NCBI GenBank assembly: GCA_947629165.1
Contig: CANRCR010000004.1
Coordinates: 4,347 to 68,346, forward strand
DNA from: an uncultured Bacilli bacterium
Lineage (GTDB): Bacteria; Bacillota_I; Bacilli_A; RF39; UBA660
DNA length: 64,000 nucleotides
Reading direction: 5' to 3'
Position 1 is the first letter of the stretch; the number at the start of each line of letters is the position of its first letter. The position numbers and the translations under genes are program-made. The notes under the pieces are model-generated. The model worked only from the letters and a program-made list of their open reading frames with translations. It was not told the DNA's origin and did not search any database. Positions 18,360 to 28,319 of this stretch are shown piece by piece.

Positions 18360-19724
18360 ATGCCAGCCAAAAGTTTACCTTATGATAGTGAAGCAGAAGA
18401 ATCGGTTTTAGGAGCGATGTTCCTTTCTCCTTATGCTTTACAAAAATCTTGTGAAACTTTAACGAAAGATTCTTTTTATCTTGAAAAAAATGCCAAAGTC
18501 TTTCAAGCAATGAAATCTTTGGCTGATCAAAAAACCCCCGTTGATTTAACGACCGTAACGGCCGAATTAAAACAAAAAAAAGAATTAAATGATATCGGTG
18601 GAGTGGAATATTTAACGGAAATTTTAAACTTTGTTCCTACGGCTGCCAATATTGATCATTATTTAAAAATCGTCGAAAATGACGCTATTTTAAGAAATTT
18701 AATTACGACAGCCACCGATGTAGTAACGTTAGGATATAATAGTGATGGAAATGTAAACGAAACGTTAGATGAAGCCGAAAGAAAAATATTAAGTGTTATC
18801 AAGAATCGGAAATCAAGTGAATTCCGCAATATTAAAGATGTGCTATATAAAACCCAAAATGATCTAGAAAAGTTAGCGGAACGAAAGGGTGAAATAACAG
18901 GACTTCCAACCGGTTGGTACGATATTGACCGTATTACAGCAGGACTTCACGAAAATGAGTTTATTATTGTTGCGGCTCGACCAGCCATGGGAAAAACGGC
19001 CTTTGCGCTCAATATGGCAACCCATATTGCTATGAATACCGATAAGACCGTGGCTTTATTTAATATGGAAATGAGTGCTGAGCAATTAGCATTAAGAATG
19101 CTTTCGAGTCTAGGGCAAATCGAAGGCTATAAATTACGTACAGGAGCCCTACTAAATAATGATTGGAAACGTATTAACGAAGCGATCAGTCAACTTCAAG
19201 ATGCAAAATTATATATCGACGATACGCCTGGAATTACGATTGGAGAGATTCGTTCAAAATGTCGTCGCCTAGCCAGTTCAGAAGAAGGACTTGGAATCGT
19301 TATTATCGACTACTTACAACTTATTTCAGGTGGAGGAAAATATGGAACTAATCGACAACAAGAAGTATCGGATATTTCCCGTAGTTTAAAGACGATGGCA
19401 ATGGAACTTCATGTTCCCGTAGTAGCGTTAGCCCAATTGTCTCGTGCTGTTGAAGGACGTGAAGACAAACGCCCAATTATGAGTGATTTACGTGAATCTG
19501 GATCCATCGAGCAGGATGCCGATATTGTCTCTTTCTTATACCGTGACGATTACTACAACAAAGAAGCGCGTACCGACGATAATACGAGTATAAGTGAATT
19601 TATTATCGGAAAACACCGTAATGGACCTACGACCACCATTGAACTTTTATTTAAAAGAGACACGAGTACTTTCTTAAGTTATAAAAAAGAGGATAAAGAG
19701 GAAAAGGGTGAAAAGAATGAATAA
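18360..19724 (+). CDS. dnaB: Replicative DNA helicase (DnaB family; named DnaC in B. subtilis)
   Basis: Walker A ARPAMGKTAF and RecA-like C-terminal domain; follows rplI as in Bacilli. Confidence 0.95.
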   Translation: MPAKSLPYDSEAEESVLGAMFLSPYALQKSCETLTKDSFYLEKNAKVFQAMKSLADQKTPVDLTTVTAELKQKKELNDIGGVEYLTEILNFVPTAANIDHYLKIVENDAILRNLITTATDVVTLGYNSDGNVNETLDEAERKILSVIKNRKSSEFRNIKDVLYKTQNDLEKLAERKGEITGLPTGWYDIDRITAGLHENEFIIVAARPAMGKTAFALNMATHIAMNTDKTVALFNMEMSAEQLALRMLSSLGQIEGYKLRTGALLNNDWKRINEAISQLQDAKLYIDDTPGITIGEIRSKCRRLASSEEGLGIVIIDYLQLISGGGKYGTNRQQEVSDISRSLKTMAMELHVPVVALAQLSRAVEGREDKRPIMSDLRESGSIEQDADIVSFLYRDDYYNKEARTDDNTSISEFIIGKHRNGPTTTIELLFKRDTSTFLSYKKEDKEEKGEKNE

Positions 19725-21222
19725 AAAAACCATTTTATTTACCATATTAGCAGTATTTACTAGTGCTTTATTAGTTATAATTGATATTCCAGAAACAAAG
19801 GCAAGCCAACCTAAAGAAGTTTACCGCGTTTATCTTGATGGTCAATCACTCGGATTAGTGGAATCCAAAGACGAACTAGAAAATTATATTGACCAAGAAC
19901 AAACCGAAATTAAAGAAAAATATCATGTAGATAAAGTATATATTCCAAACGAACTCGACATTGTCAAAGAAATTACCTTTGATGAAGAAACTGTTTCAAA
20001 CGAAAAAATTTATAATCGAATTCAAAATCAAAGTCCATTTACGATTCAAGGATATAAAATTTTTATCCAAGGAGTCGAAGAACAAAATGAAAATGGCGAA
20101 ATTGAGAAAGAACCAGATCAAGTATTATACGTATTAGATGAAAATGTCTTCTTAGATTCCGTATATAAAACAGCGCGGACATTCATTGATGAAAAAGAAC
20201 TAGAAGCGTATGAAAATGATACTCAAAAACCGATTGTCGATACCGGTAAAATCATAGAAAACGTCTATATTCAAAACGAACAGATGATTACGAAAGAAAA
20301 AATTCCAGTCGATGAAAAAATTTATACCTCTGAAGATGAATTAAGTAAATATCTTTTGTTTGGTACGACCGAAGAGCAAGAAAAATATACCGTTCAAGAA
20401 GGCGATACCATTGAGGAAATTTCTTTTGCTAATAAAATTTCACCAGAAGAATTTTTAATTGCTAATCCTTCTTTTACCTCGGCAAATGACTTATTATTTC
20501 CTGGCGAAGTAGTTAATTTAGGTATTTTACAACCACAACTTAATATTGTAGAAGAAACACACGTAGTTGAACGTCAGACTATCGGTTACAATACTGTTTA
20601 CGAAGATGATCCAAACCAGTATTCTGGACAAGAACAAGTAAAACAAGAAGGACAAGAAGGAATACAACTAGTAACGCAAAAAATTAAAATTGTTAATGGC
20701 GAAAAAACGAACGTTGTAACCATTGAAACAAAAGAGGAAAAACCATCCGTTGATCGTATTATTGTTCGTGGTACAAAACAACGTAATGTCGGAGGAGGAA
20801 TTGATGACGGAGTAGAAGTACCAGTAGAAATAGGAACTTGGGTATGGCCAACCATTTCTCCATATCAAATAACGAGTCCATTCTCTTATCGTTGGGGAAA
20901 ATTACATGAAGCCGTCGATATTTCTGGTTGTGGTTATGGTTCTCCAATCAAAGCAGCAAACAATGGTATTATTGTTTACTCCGGATATAATGGAACGAAT
21001 GGTAATTTTATTTACATTAAACATAGTAATGGTCAGTATACGGAATACGCGCATATGGCTACACGATATAAAAAGGCAGGAGACATTGTATATGCCGGAG
21101 ACGTTATTGGAACCATGGGTCAAACCGGATATGCTTTTGGAACACACTTACACTTTGGACTTTGGTGGGGTCATCCACATCGTAGTTCTTCGACACCGGT
21201 TAATCCGCTCAGTCATTACTAA
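19717..21222 (+). CDS. Secreted/membrane-anchored M23 (LytM) peptidase with LysM and G5-like domains
   Basis: N-terminal transmembrane/signal segment, LysM (YTVQEGDTIEEISFANKISPEEF), and C-terminal LytM motifs HEAVDI and HLHFGL. Confidence 0.8.
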   Translation: MNKKTILFTILAVFTSALLVIIDIPETKASQPKEVYRVYLDGQSLGLVESKDELENYIDQEQTEIKEKYHVDKVYIPNELDIVKEITFDEETVSNEKIYNRIQNQSPFTIQGYKIFIQGVEEQNENGEIEKEPDQVLYVLDENVFLDSVYKTARTFIDEKELEAYENDTQKPIVDTGKIIENVYIQNEQMITKEKIPVDEKIYTSEDELSKYLLFGTTEEQEKYTVQEGDTIEEISFANKISPEEFLIANPSFTSANDLLFPGEVVNLGILQPQLNIVEETHVVERQTIGYNTVYEDDPNQYSGQEQVKQEGQEGIQLVTQKIKIVNGEKTNVVTIETKEEKPSVDRIIVRGTKQRNVGGGIDDGVEVPVEIGTWVWPTISPYQITSPFSYRWGKLHEAVDISGCGYGSPIKAANNGIIVYSGYNGTNGNFIYIKHSNGQYTEYAHMATRYKKAGDIVYAGDVIGTMGQTGYAFGTHLHFGLWWGHPHRSSSTPVNPLSHY

Positions 21223-21983
21223 TGAAAATTAAAGTATTAGCAAGTGGTTCCAAAGGAAATAGTACTTATATCGAAAGCCACCAAAGTAAAATATTAATCG
21301 ATATAGGAATCAATTATTTAACATTACAAAAAAAATTAAATGAGATAGCTATCGATGCTAAAACCATCGATGCTATCTTTATTACCCATACCCATACGGA
21401 TCATATTAAAGGATTGGCTAGTTTGGTAAAAAAGAATAAAATCCCAGTATATGGCTCTCCGTTAGTAATCGACGAATTAACGAAAATTATTTCCCAAGAA
21501 TATTTACATGTTATCGATCGAGAACTAACATTTCAAGATATCGAAATTGAAACGATTCCTTTATCACATGATGCCGAAGGCACAGTGGGTTATAAAATGA
21601 AAATGGATCAAGAAAATTTAGTTTATATAACGGATACGGGATATGTAAATGAACGCTTATTTAAACGGCTTACCAATGCAAGTGTCTATATTATAGAAAG
21701 TAATCACGATGAAAAAATGCTCATGAATGGTCCTTATCCTTATTATTTAAAACAACGCGTTGTAGGCGATAGTGGCCACCTTTCGAATTATACCACCGCC
21801 ACTTATTTAACCAATTGGATTGGTCCTAAAACAAAGTATGTAATATTAGCCCATTTAAGTGAAAACAATAATACAGAAGAAGTAGCGTATGAAACCGTAC
21901 ATGGTATTTTAGTGGAAGCAAAAAAAGAAAGACCACTCGTCATCGCTAAACAACGAGAAGCCACACCGTTAATCGAGGTTTAA
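21222..21983 (+). CDS. MBL-fold metallo-hydrolase (WalJ/YycJ-like)
   Basis: HxHxDH motif (ITHTHTDH). Sits immediately upstream of rlmH as walJ does in Bacilli. Confidence 0.8.
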   Translation: MKIKVLASGSKGNSTYIESHQSKILIDIGINYLTLQKKLNEIAIDAKTIDAIFITHTHTDHIKGLASLVKKNKIPVYGSPLVIDELTKIISQEYLHVIDRELTFQDIEIETIPLSHDAEGTVGYKMKMDQENLVYITDTGYVNERLFKRLTNASVYIIESNHDEKMLMNGPYPYYLKQRVVGDSGHLSNYTTATYLTNWIGPKTKYVILAHLSENNNTEEVAYETVHGILVEAKKERPLVIAKQREATPLIEV

Positions 21984-21984
21984 A

Positions 21985-22440
21985 ATGATTAAAATAATAT
22001 GTGTTGGAAAACTCAAGGAAACTTATTTACGAGAAGCACTTGAAGAATATCAAAAAAGACTTTCTAAATACACCAATTTAGAAATAATTGAACTACAAGA
22101 TGAAGGAATCGAAGATAAAGTAGTCGCTTTAAAAAAAGAAGAGGAACGTATTTTAAAAGTACTTTCTCCCAAGGATTATGTAGTTACTTTAGAGATTGAA
22201 GGAAAAGAGTACGATTCTATAACATTTTCTAAAAAAATAGAAACCTGGTTCATTCAAAATAGTAACCTAACATTTATAATTGGAGGATCCTACGGATTAA
22301 GTGATACGATTAAAAATCGATCGAACGAAAAAGTATCCTTTAGTAAAATGACTTTTCCTCATCAACTATTTCGTATTTTACTATTAGAACAACTCTATCG
22401 TGGTTTTAAAATTAGTAAAAACGAATCTTATCACAAATAA
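21985..22440 (+). CDS. rlmH: 23S rRNA (pseudouridine1915-N3)-methyltransferase RlmH
   Basis: SPOUT fold, about 150 aa, begins MIKIICVGKLKE. Confidence 0.9.
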   Translation: MIKIICVGKLKETYLREALEEYQKRLSKYTNLEIIELQDEGIEDKVVALKKEEERILKVLSPKDYVVTLEIEGKEYDSITFSKKIETWFIQNSNLTFIIGGSYGLSDTIKNRSNEKVSFSKMTFPHQLFRILLLEQLYRGFKISKNESYHK

Positions 22441-22466
22441 AAAAAGATTGATTATTCAACCTTTTT

Positions 22467-23699
22467 TTATTTTCTTTTTAATTTGAGTTTAACTTTATAT
22501 AAAGGAGAAAGTGGAAGTGAAAAACTTCCGATATATTCTTCGACATGACCATTGAATTTTCGTTTGAATTCGTAGACGCCATACTCGGGATCTTGTTTAT
22601 CAAAAATACCCGATATTCCATAAAAATTATATAATGGGAATTCCTTTTGAATAGCATATTTAATCATGTGCCATTGCATTAAATACTGGGCATTAAATTT
22701 CATATAAACATCGATATTTCCACTAAACAAATAAATTACTTCGTTTCCGTAAGTCATAAACATGGCAGCTGCAAGGGGTAAATAATCGCCTTTTTCTTGT
22801 TGTAGTTGCTTTGCTTCGACGATTCTTTTTTTACAAGAATCGATTAATTCTTGGTGTGTCTGAATATAGTTTTGAGAATATTTTTTAGTAGTTTGATTTA
22901 ATTTATCTTCTTCTTCGTGTAATTCTTCTTCGAGATTATGAAGATATTCCTTAAGTGGCAATTGAGCCAATAAAAATTTTACTTCTCCGGAATCGTGAAA
23001 AGCTTGATACATTGTCTGATAATAGGCCATTGGGCGGTCTTTAAAGTTTCTTCGTTTACTAGTATCTTCGGTAATCGCTTTATACTGATCTAATTCATCA
23101 TAAGAAAGTTCTTTGATTTGAACACCTATTTTTTCTGCTTTTCGAATTAAATTTCGAGTGATTGGTTTCATCTCATTCCAAATCGTAGTTTCATCTTTTC
23201 CTTGAAGTGGAAGCGTAAAAACCCATCGTACCTGTTTAGAATTATCGATTCCTCGATGGAAACCGTCATGTTTAAATCCTAACGATTTTAAGGTTTGAAC
23301 AATTTCACTATGATCGTATCCACCTTCGACAAGTTCGCCATTAATATCACGTTCTTTATAGGTAATTTTAGGATCGATAATTAAGACATAACCCTTTTTC
23401 TTCTTTAAATATTTTTTTAATTCCTTAATAAAAAAAGTTAATAATTCTTTGTCTTCGTAATCTAAAATAAGCCCACGAGGCGCATAACAACATATTCCAA
23501 ATTTTCTTTTTTCGAGAATAATTCTACTTCCTGCTACAATTTGATTATTCTTTTTAACACCTACATAACAAGAGGGATAGCCATTTAATAAACTAATTTC
23601 TTCCATTTTAGGAGACTGTGCAAAGTCGTTAAGCGGTTGATTTTTAAGAAATAAAGCAAACGCTTCTTTATCTAATTCGCAAAAATCCAAAATGATCAC
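22467..23699 (-). CDS. FemAB-family peptidoglycan interpeptide-bridge aminoacyltransferase
   Basis: 410-aa protein with two GNAT-like halves and a central coiled-coil insertion (EELHEEEDKLNQ), typical of FemABX. Confidence 0.75.
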   Translation of the reverse strand: MIILDFCELDKEAFALFLKNQPLNDFAQSPKMEEISLLNGYPSCYVGVKKNNQIVAGSRIILEKRKFGICCYAPRGLILDYEDKELLTFFIKELKKYLKKKKGYVLIIDPKITYKERDINGELVEGGYDHSEIVQTLKSLGFKHDGFHRGIDNSKQVRWVFTLPLQGKDETTIWNEMKPITRNLIRKAEKIGVQIKELSYDELDQYKAITEDTSKRRNFKDRPMAYYQTMYQAFHDSGEVKFLLAQLPLKEYLHNLEEELHEEEDKLNQTTKKYSQNYIQTHQELIDSCKKRIVEAKQLQQEKGDYLPLAAAMFMTYGNEVIYLFSGNIDVYMKFNAQYLMQWHMIKYAIQKEFPLYNFYGISGIFDKQDPEYGVYEFKRKFNGHVEEYIGSFSLPLSPLYKVKLKLKRK

Positions 23700-23824
23700 A
23701 TCCTTCTATTTCTTACTTCTAGTATAACCTTTTTTTATTTATTTTACAATGTAAGAAAAAAAGAACTATTTTTCGACAATAATAGTGGATAACTTTTAAT
23801 AAAGTAGTAATAGGTGATTCAAAA

Positions 23825-25120
23825 ATGGAAAGTTTAAAAAAGATAACTTGGGGAATAGCAACTTTCTTTTTATTAGGAGGAGGAATTTACTTTTCGTACA
23901 AATTAAAAGGAATTCAATTTCGTTTTAAAAAAATGTTCGATAGTTTTAAAAGTAAGAAAAAAGATAAAATAACCCCTTTTCAAAGTTTAATGATAGCATT
24001 AGCCGCCCAAATAGGAGTAGGATCTTTAGCAGGAATTGCCTTAGCTATCTTTTTAGGAGGACCAGGAACTTTATTTTGGATATGGCTTACCACGATACTA
24101 ACGGCACCCAATGCTTTTGCAGAAAGTTGCTTAAGTGTTGTTTATCGTGAAAAAGATGGAATTTATCATAAAGGAGGTCCTTCTTACTACATCCAAAAAG
24201 GGCTGGGAAATAAAACGTTAGCCAAAACGTATGCCTTACTTATTTTACTTGCCTATATTGTTGGTTTTATGACAATTCAAGCAAATACGATTGCTGTTTC
24301 CCTCCAAGAGACAATAAATTTAACTCCGTGGATGACAGGACTTGTTTTAAGTATTATTTCTTTTGCGATTATTAGTAAAGGTTTAAAAGGGGTTACCTCA
24401 ATTACAGAAAAAATGGTACCAATCATGGGAATTACTTATTTTTTGATTACATTGGTTATAATTCTTTTAAATATTCAAAAGATACCGATGATATTAGGAA
24501 CGATTCTTCAAGAAGCATTTCGTCCCAAGACGATAGGTGTAGGAATGATTACAACCATGATGATTGGATTAGAAAGAGGAATCTTTGCTACCGAAGCAGG
24601 ATTAGGAAGTAGTGCCATCGCAAGTGCTTCCGCGGACGGAAATCATCCGACAGGACAAGGATTAATTCAAATTTTAGGCGTTTATTTTACGAGTTTTATT
24701 ATTTGTACAGGAACAGCTTTTATGATATTAACTTCGAATTATCAAGAACTTTTTCTAGAACACATCAATGGAATTGAATTGACCCAATATGCCTTTTCTT
24801 ACCATTTAGGTTCTTTTGGTAATTTAATTTTAACGATAATGATTATTTTCTTTGCCTTTTCTACGATTATTACCGGTTACTATTACGGTGAAATCAATCT
24901 TAAGTTTTTAAAAAAAACATCTTCTAAAGAACTATGGATTTTAAAGATTGCCACCGCTTCCTTACTACTTTGGGGAAGTGTTGCAAGTGCTCCTTTTTTA
25001 TGGGATTTAGTCGACGTTTTAGTGGCACTTATGGCAATTATTAATATGTATGCAGTACTGAGTCTTTCGAAAGATATTCAGTATGAATATAATGAAATAA
25101 TAAGGTTGAATAAGCCGTAA
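23825..25120 (+). CDS. Sodium:alanine symporter family (AGCS) transporter
   Basis: About 10 transmembrane segments and the AGCS signature region (GGPGTLFWIW..., GLERGIFATEAGLGS). Confidence 0.85.
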   Translation: MESLKKITWGIATFFLLGGGIYFSYKLKGIQFRFKKMFDSFKSKKKDKITPFQSLMIALAAQIGVGSLAGIALAIFLGGPGTLFWIWLTTILTAPNAFAESCLSVVYREKDGIYHKGGPSYYIQKGLGNKTLAKTYALLILLAYIVGFMTIQANTIAVSLQETINLTPWMTGLVLSIISFAIISKGLKGVTSITEKMVPIMGITYFLITLVIILLNIQKIPMILGTILQEAFRPKTIGVGMITTMMIGLERGIFATEAGLGSSAIASASADGNHPTGQGLIQILGVYFTSFIICTGTAFMILTSNYQELFLEHINGIELTQYAFSYHLGSFGNLILTIMIIFFAFSTIITGYYYGEINLKFLKKTSSKELWILKIATASLLLWGSVASAPFLWDLVDVLVALMAIINMYAVLSLSKDIQYEYNEIIRLNKP

Positions 25121-25179
25121 ACCTGTAGTATAATTACCTTATCCAAAAAGAGACGCATCCGGTACAAGGAAGTGATAAA

Positions 25180-25842
25180 ATGATTGGAAATGATTGGGAT
25201 CAGATCTTAGAAGAGGAAATGAATAAACCTTACTTTGAAGAATTGATCGAATTTGTTAAAAAGGAATATAAAGAAAAGACCATTTATCCTAAACAGACTG
25301 AAATCTTTAATGCCTTTCGTTTTACCCCGTATGCAAATGTCAAAGTGGTTATTTTAGGTCAAGATCCTTATCATGGAATAGGACAGGCTCATGGACTATC
25401 ATTTTCGGTCCCAGAAGGTATCCCCAAACCACCATCGCTTATAAATATTTTTAAAGAATTACACGATGATTTAGGATGTGCTATCCCATCGACAGGATGT
25501 CTTATTCCTTGGACAAAAGAAGGAATATTACTATTAAATGCTGTATTGACCGTTGAAAAAGATAAAGCAGCATCCCATAGTAATCACGGTTGGGAACAAT
25601 TTACAAATGCGGTAATTCAAAAGTTAAATCAAAAAGAAGACCCTATCGTATTTATATTATGGGGAAGTTATGCACGAAGTAAAAAAAGTTTTATTACCAA
25701 TCCAAAACACTATATAATCGAGTCGGCACATCCGTCTCCTTTCTCTGCTTATAATGGATTCTTTGGTAGTAAGCCTTTTTCCAAAACCAACGAATTTTTA
25801 ATTAAAAATAAAAAAGAACCAATTAATTGGGAAATCAGGTGA
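25180..25842 (+). CDS. ung: Uracil-DNA glycosylase
   Basis: Catalytic motif GQDPYH, and HPSPFSA near the C-terminus. Confidence 0.95.
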   Translation: MIGNDWDQILEEEMNKPYFEELIEFVKKEYKEKTIYPKQTEIFNAFRFTPYANVKVVILGQDPYHGIGQAHGLSFSVPEGIPKPPSLINIFKELHDDLGCAIPSTGCLIPWTKEGILLLNAVLTVEKDKAASHSNHGWEQFTNAVIQKLNQKEDPIVFILWGSYARSKKSFITNPKHYIIESAHPSPFSAYNGFFGSKPFSKTNEFLIKNKKEPINWEIR

Positions 25843-25846
25843 TTTT

Positions 25847-26407
25847 ATGTTAGAAAGAGAAGTTTTAGAAAAACTATTTATCGAAGATCGAGATGCTTTT
25901 GATCTCTATATGGAATCATTAACACAATTAACGAAAGCAAAAGAACGTAATTCAGATTTAGTTGAGCAAGAAAAAAGTTATCGTGAAAATGATTTGGATG
26001 AAGTTACCAAAGAACAAATTACGCGTTATCCTGCCCAACTTCAAACAGAAGTAATCACAGCATGTTTGGCAGAACTAAATCGTCTAAATAAAACGGTAAA
26101 ATATACAGAAGAGAAGAAAGAACTAGCAAGTATTCGTAACAACTTCTTTCACGGTATGTGTTTAGCACTAGATTATTACAGTAAAGGTACCAAAGATCCC
26201 GATGCCGATGTAAATGAAATTTATTCTTACGAAGATTACTTAAAAGATACGATTGACGTAAGAGGAGACCTTGTTACCTTTTGTATTAAAAGAAAAGAAC
26301 CAACTCATCTTCTTACGACACTTGAAGCTTATAAAATGACCCAAGAGGCGATGGCAAGACAGAAAACGAGCGATGCCACCGAAGCGGAAGAAGCCAAAGC
26401 AATTTAA
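25847..26407 (+). CDS. Hypothetical cytoplasmic protein (186 aa, acidic)
   Basis: Long ORF tightly coupled to ung; no recognisable motif. Confidence 0.5.
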   Translation: MLEREVLEKLFIEDRDAFDLYMESLTQLTKAKERNSDLVEQEKSYRENDLDEVTKEQITRYPAQLQTEVITACLAELNRLNKTVKYTEEKKELASIRNNFFHGMCLALDYYSKGTKDPDADVNEIYSYEDYLKDTIDVRGDLVTFCIKRKEPTHLLTTLEAYKMTQEAMARQKTSDATEAEEAKAI

Positions 26408-26436
26408 GAACGTATAATAAAAACGTTCTTTTTTTG
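26406..26436 (+). terminator. Rho-independent terminator
   Basis: Stem AAGAACGT, loop ATAATAAAA, stem ACGTTCTT, then T6. Confidence 0.75.
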
Positions 26437-26504
26437 TGTTAAGTTTGTGTTCAGTGAATTGACGATACCTATTTTTTCCATTAGAATGAAAGTAGGAGGA
26501 TACC

Positions 26505-27251
26505 ATGGAAGTAAAAAATTTAATCCTTTTATCTCCCGAGGAATGGCAAAAAGAAAAAAAGTTATTAAAAAATAAAAGTCTTTTAGCGCGCATTACTGAC
26601 TTTGGTATTTTAACGGGTGGTTATGTCAGTTCCGACTTTCATGTCGAACAGTTTTGTCTCGAAGATCGAACCGGGTATTATTTTACGCAATCAAGCGACT
26701 TCGACCGTGTTGAAGTAATTAATGATATGGGATCAAAAGGTCTCTATTACGTTAATGAGCGAAAGATTGGAATTCGTCCGGTTTTAGAATACGAAGGAGC
26801 TCCAGCAAATTATCGTTTAAATGAAAAAGGAGAATTTCTTTTAGAATACGGAACTTATCCAACAAAAGTAGTTAGGTTACCCCTTCAAAAGAGTTTGGAA
26901 GAAAAATATCAACAAAAAGAATTAGAAGAGGGTACTAAAACAATTCATATTCAAGATAAAATATTGCCAACTTACCTTTTTTTGGAACAAGAATATGTTA
27001 GAGTACCTGCAAACTTTAATAAAAAGACCGCCATTTTATCGAATCGTCAAGGTTATGTTCAAAAAGATGATGTTTGGGTTCAAGTAACGCCCCTTTATTG
27101 GATGCTTGATCTTGATAATAAAAGAGCAATCAGTGAAAATATTCTAATTGCAGGACTTCCTTACTGTAATTCCAATAATCAAAACATCATAGAATATTTT
27201 AATCCACTATTATTAGAAGACATAAAAGTAAAAACCAAAAGAAAAGACTAG
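26505..27251 (+). CDS. Hypothetical protein (248 aa)
   Basis: ORF with its own TTGACG (17 nt) TAGAAT promoter at 26459-26487 and RBS AGGAGGA; function unknown. Confidence 0.5.
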   Translation: MEVKNLILLSPEEWQKEKKLLKNKSLLARITDFGILTGGYVSSDFHVEQFCLEDRTGYYFTQSSDFDRVEVINDMGSKGLYYVNERKIGIRPVLEYEGAPANYRLNEKGEFLLEYGTYPTKVVRLPLQKSLEEKYQQKELEEGTKTIHIQDKILPTYLFLEQEYVRVPANFNKKTAILSNRQGYVQKDDVWVQVTPLYWMLDLDNKRAISENILIAGLPYCNSNNQNIIEYFNPLLLEDIKVKTKRKD

Positions 27252-27255
27252 GTAA

Positions 27256-27798
27256 CTAGTCTTTTAATATTTGAAACATTTCTTCTTTTTCATCAGAATA
27301 GAATTCTTTGTGATGATAACGGAAGATAAAACCAACTAAATTGGAAGGAAAAACGTGTACATATCGATTATAATAAGCGACATTATCATTGTAATATTTC
27401 TTAGATGCCTCTAAATCATCCTCGTTTTCTTCTAATTCACATTGAAGTGTACTAATTTCTTCTACTTCATTTAAAGAAGGATTAATATCAAGTAATTCTA
27501 TAAATTGATGCATTCCTTTTTCTAATTCCGTATTAAGTTCAAAAGAATTAATATTTTTAGATTTTAAAAGCAATACTTTTTCAAAATCCTCCGTTCCTTC
27601 TTTTAAATTATCTTTTATAACTGGAACAATACGACATAAGATATCTAACTTTTTCTGTAAATAAATATCGATATTATTCTCGGCTTCATTTATTTTAACT
27701 AAAGTAAACTGGAATTTATTTTTGTAGTAAATTGTTCCTAAAACAATAATTAAAAGTACGATAGCAATAATTCCAATCGTCAAGACAAGTGGATCCAT
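27256..27798 (-). CDS. lemA: LemA family protein
   Basis: N-terminal transmembrane helix plus the LemA fold signature (NDNVAYYNRYVHVFPSNLV). Confidence 0.8.
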   Translation of the reverse strand: MDPLVLTIGIIAIVLLIIVLGTIYYKNKFQFTLVKINEAENNIDIYLQKKLDILCRIVPVIKDNLKEGTEDFEKVLLLKSKNINSFELNTELEKGMHQFIELLDINPSLNEVEEISTLQCELEENEDDLEASKKYYNDNVAYYNRYVHVFPSNLVGFIFRYHHKEFYSDEKEEMFQILKD

Positions 27799-27857
27799 AC
27801 AATCACCTCTAGTATAAGGTAATTATATCAAAGAAAAAGAAATGTTACAACATTCCT

Positions 27858-28232
27858 TTAAACTTTTACGGCTTCATCAAAGACGACATAATTGAGATAA
27901 ACCGTCCATAGTAATGTCCATTTTCCGGTATTCGGATCTTGTAGTAAAGCATAATCTCTTCCTGCTGCTTCGATGGTTCCAGTAAAAATTTTATCTCGCC
28001 ACTCGAGGGAATCGGAATAAGACATATAAAAAGTAGCTAGTTTTCCTACATTTTTTTCTAGTATGTTTTCTGCGTAGGGATCTGGATTTCCAGCTTGGGC
28101 GCCATAACTAGGAATATTGTTTGGAATATTTTGTAATGGTGGTTGAGTACTTTGTCCAGGAATAGTAACAGGTTCCCGAAATAAGGGATTTTGAAAGTAA
28201 TTATTATTCATCTTTGGTTCATCCTTTCTCAC
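27858..28232 (-). CDS. GerQ-like spore coat protein
   Basis: Gln/Pro-rich N-terminus and a C-terminal block FYMSYSDSLEWRDKIFTGTIEAAGRDYALLQDPNTGKWTLLWTVYLNYVVFDE that resembles the GerQ (YwdL) C-terminal domain. A CATATAGT sigE/sigK-like -10 lies upstream of the RBS. Confidence 0.5.
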   Translation of the reverse strand: MRKDEPKMNNNYFQNPLFREPVTIPGQSTQPPLQNIPNNIPSYGAQAGNPDPYAENILEKNVGKLATFYMSYSDSLEWRDKIFTGTIEAAGRDYALLQDPNTGKWTLLWTVYLNYVVFDEAVKV

Positions 28233-28319
28233 TTTACAGTAAAACTATATGAGAAAAACTATCTCTTTATCCCAAAAAGTAATTTCTTTGTTATAATGAG
28301 AATGAAAAGAGGGAAAAAA

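Noticed and set aside
20598-21232. Five overlapping small ORFs on both strands within the M23 peptidase gene
   Set aside because: All are shadows of the long, motif-supported 19717-21222 CDS.
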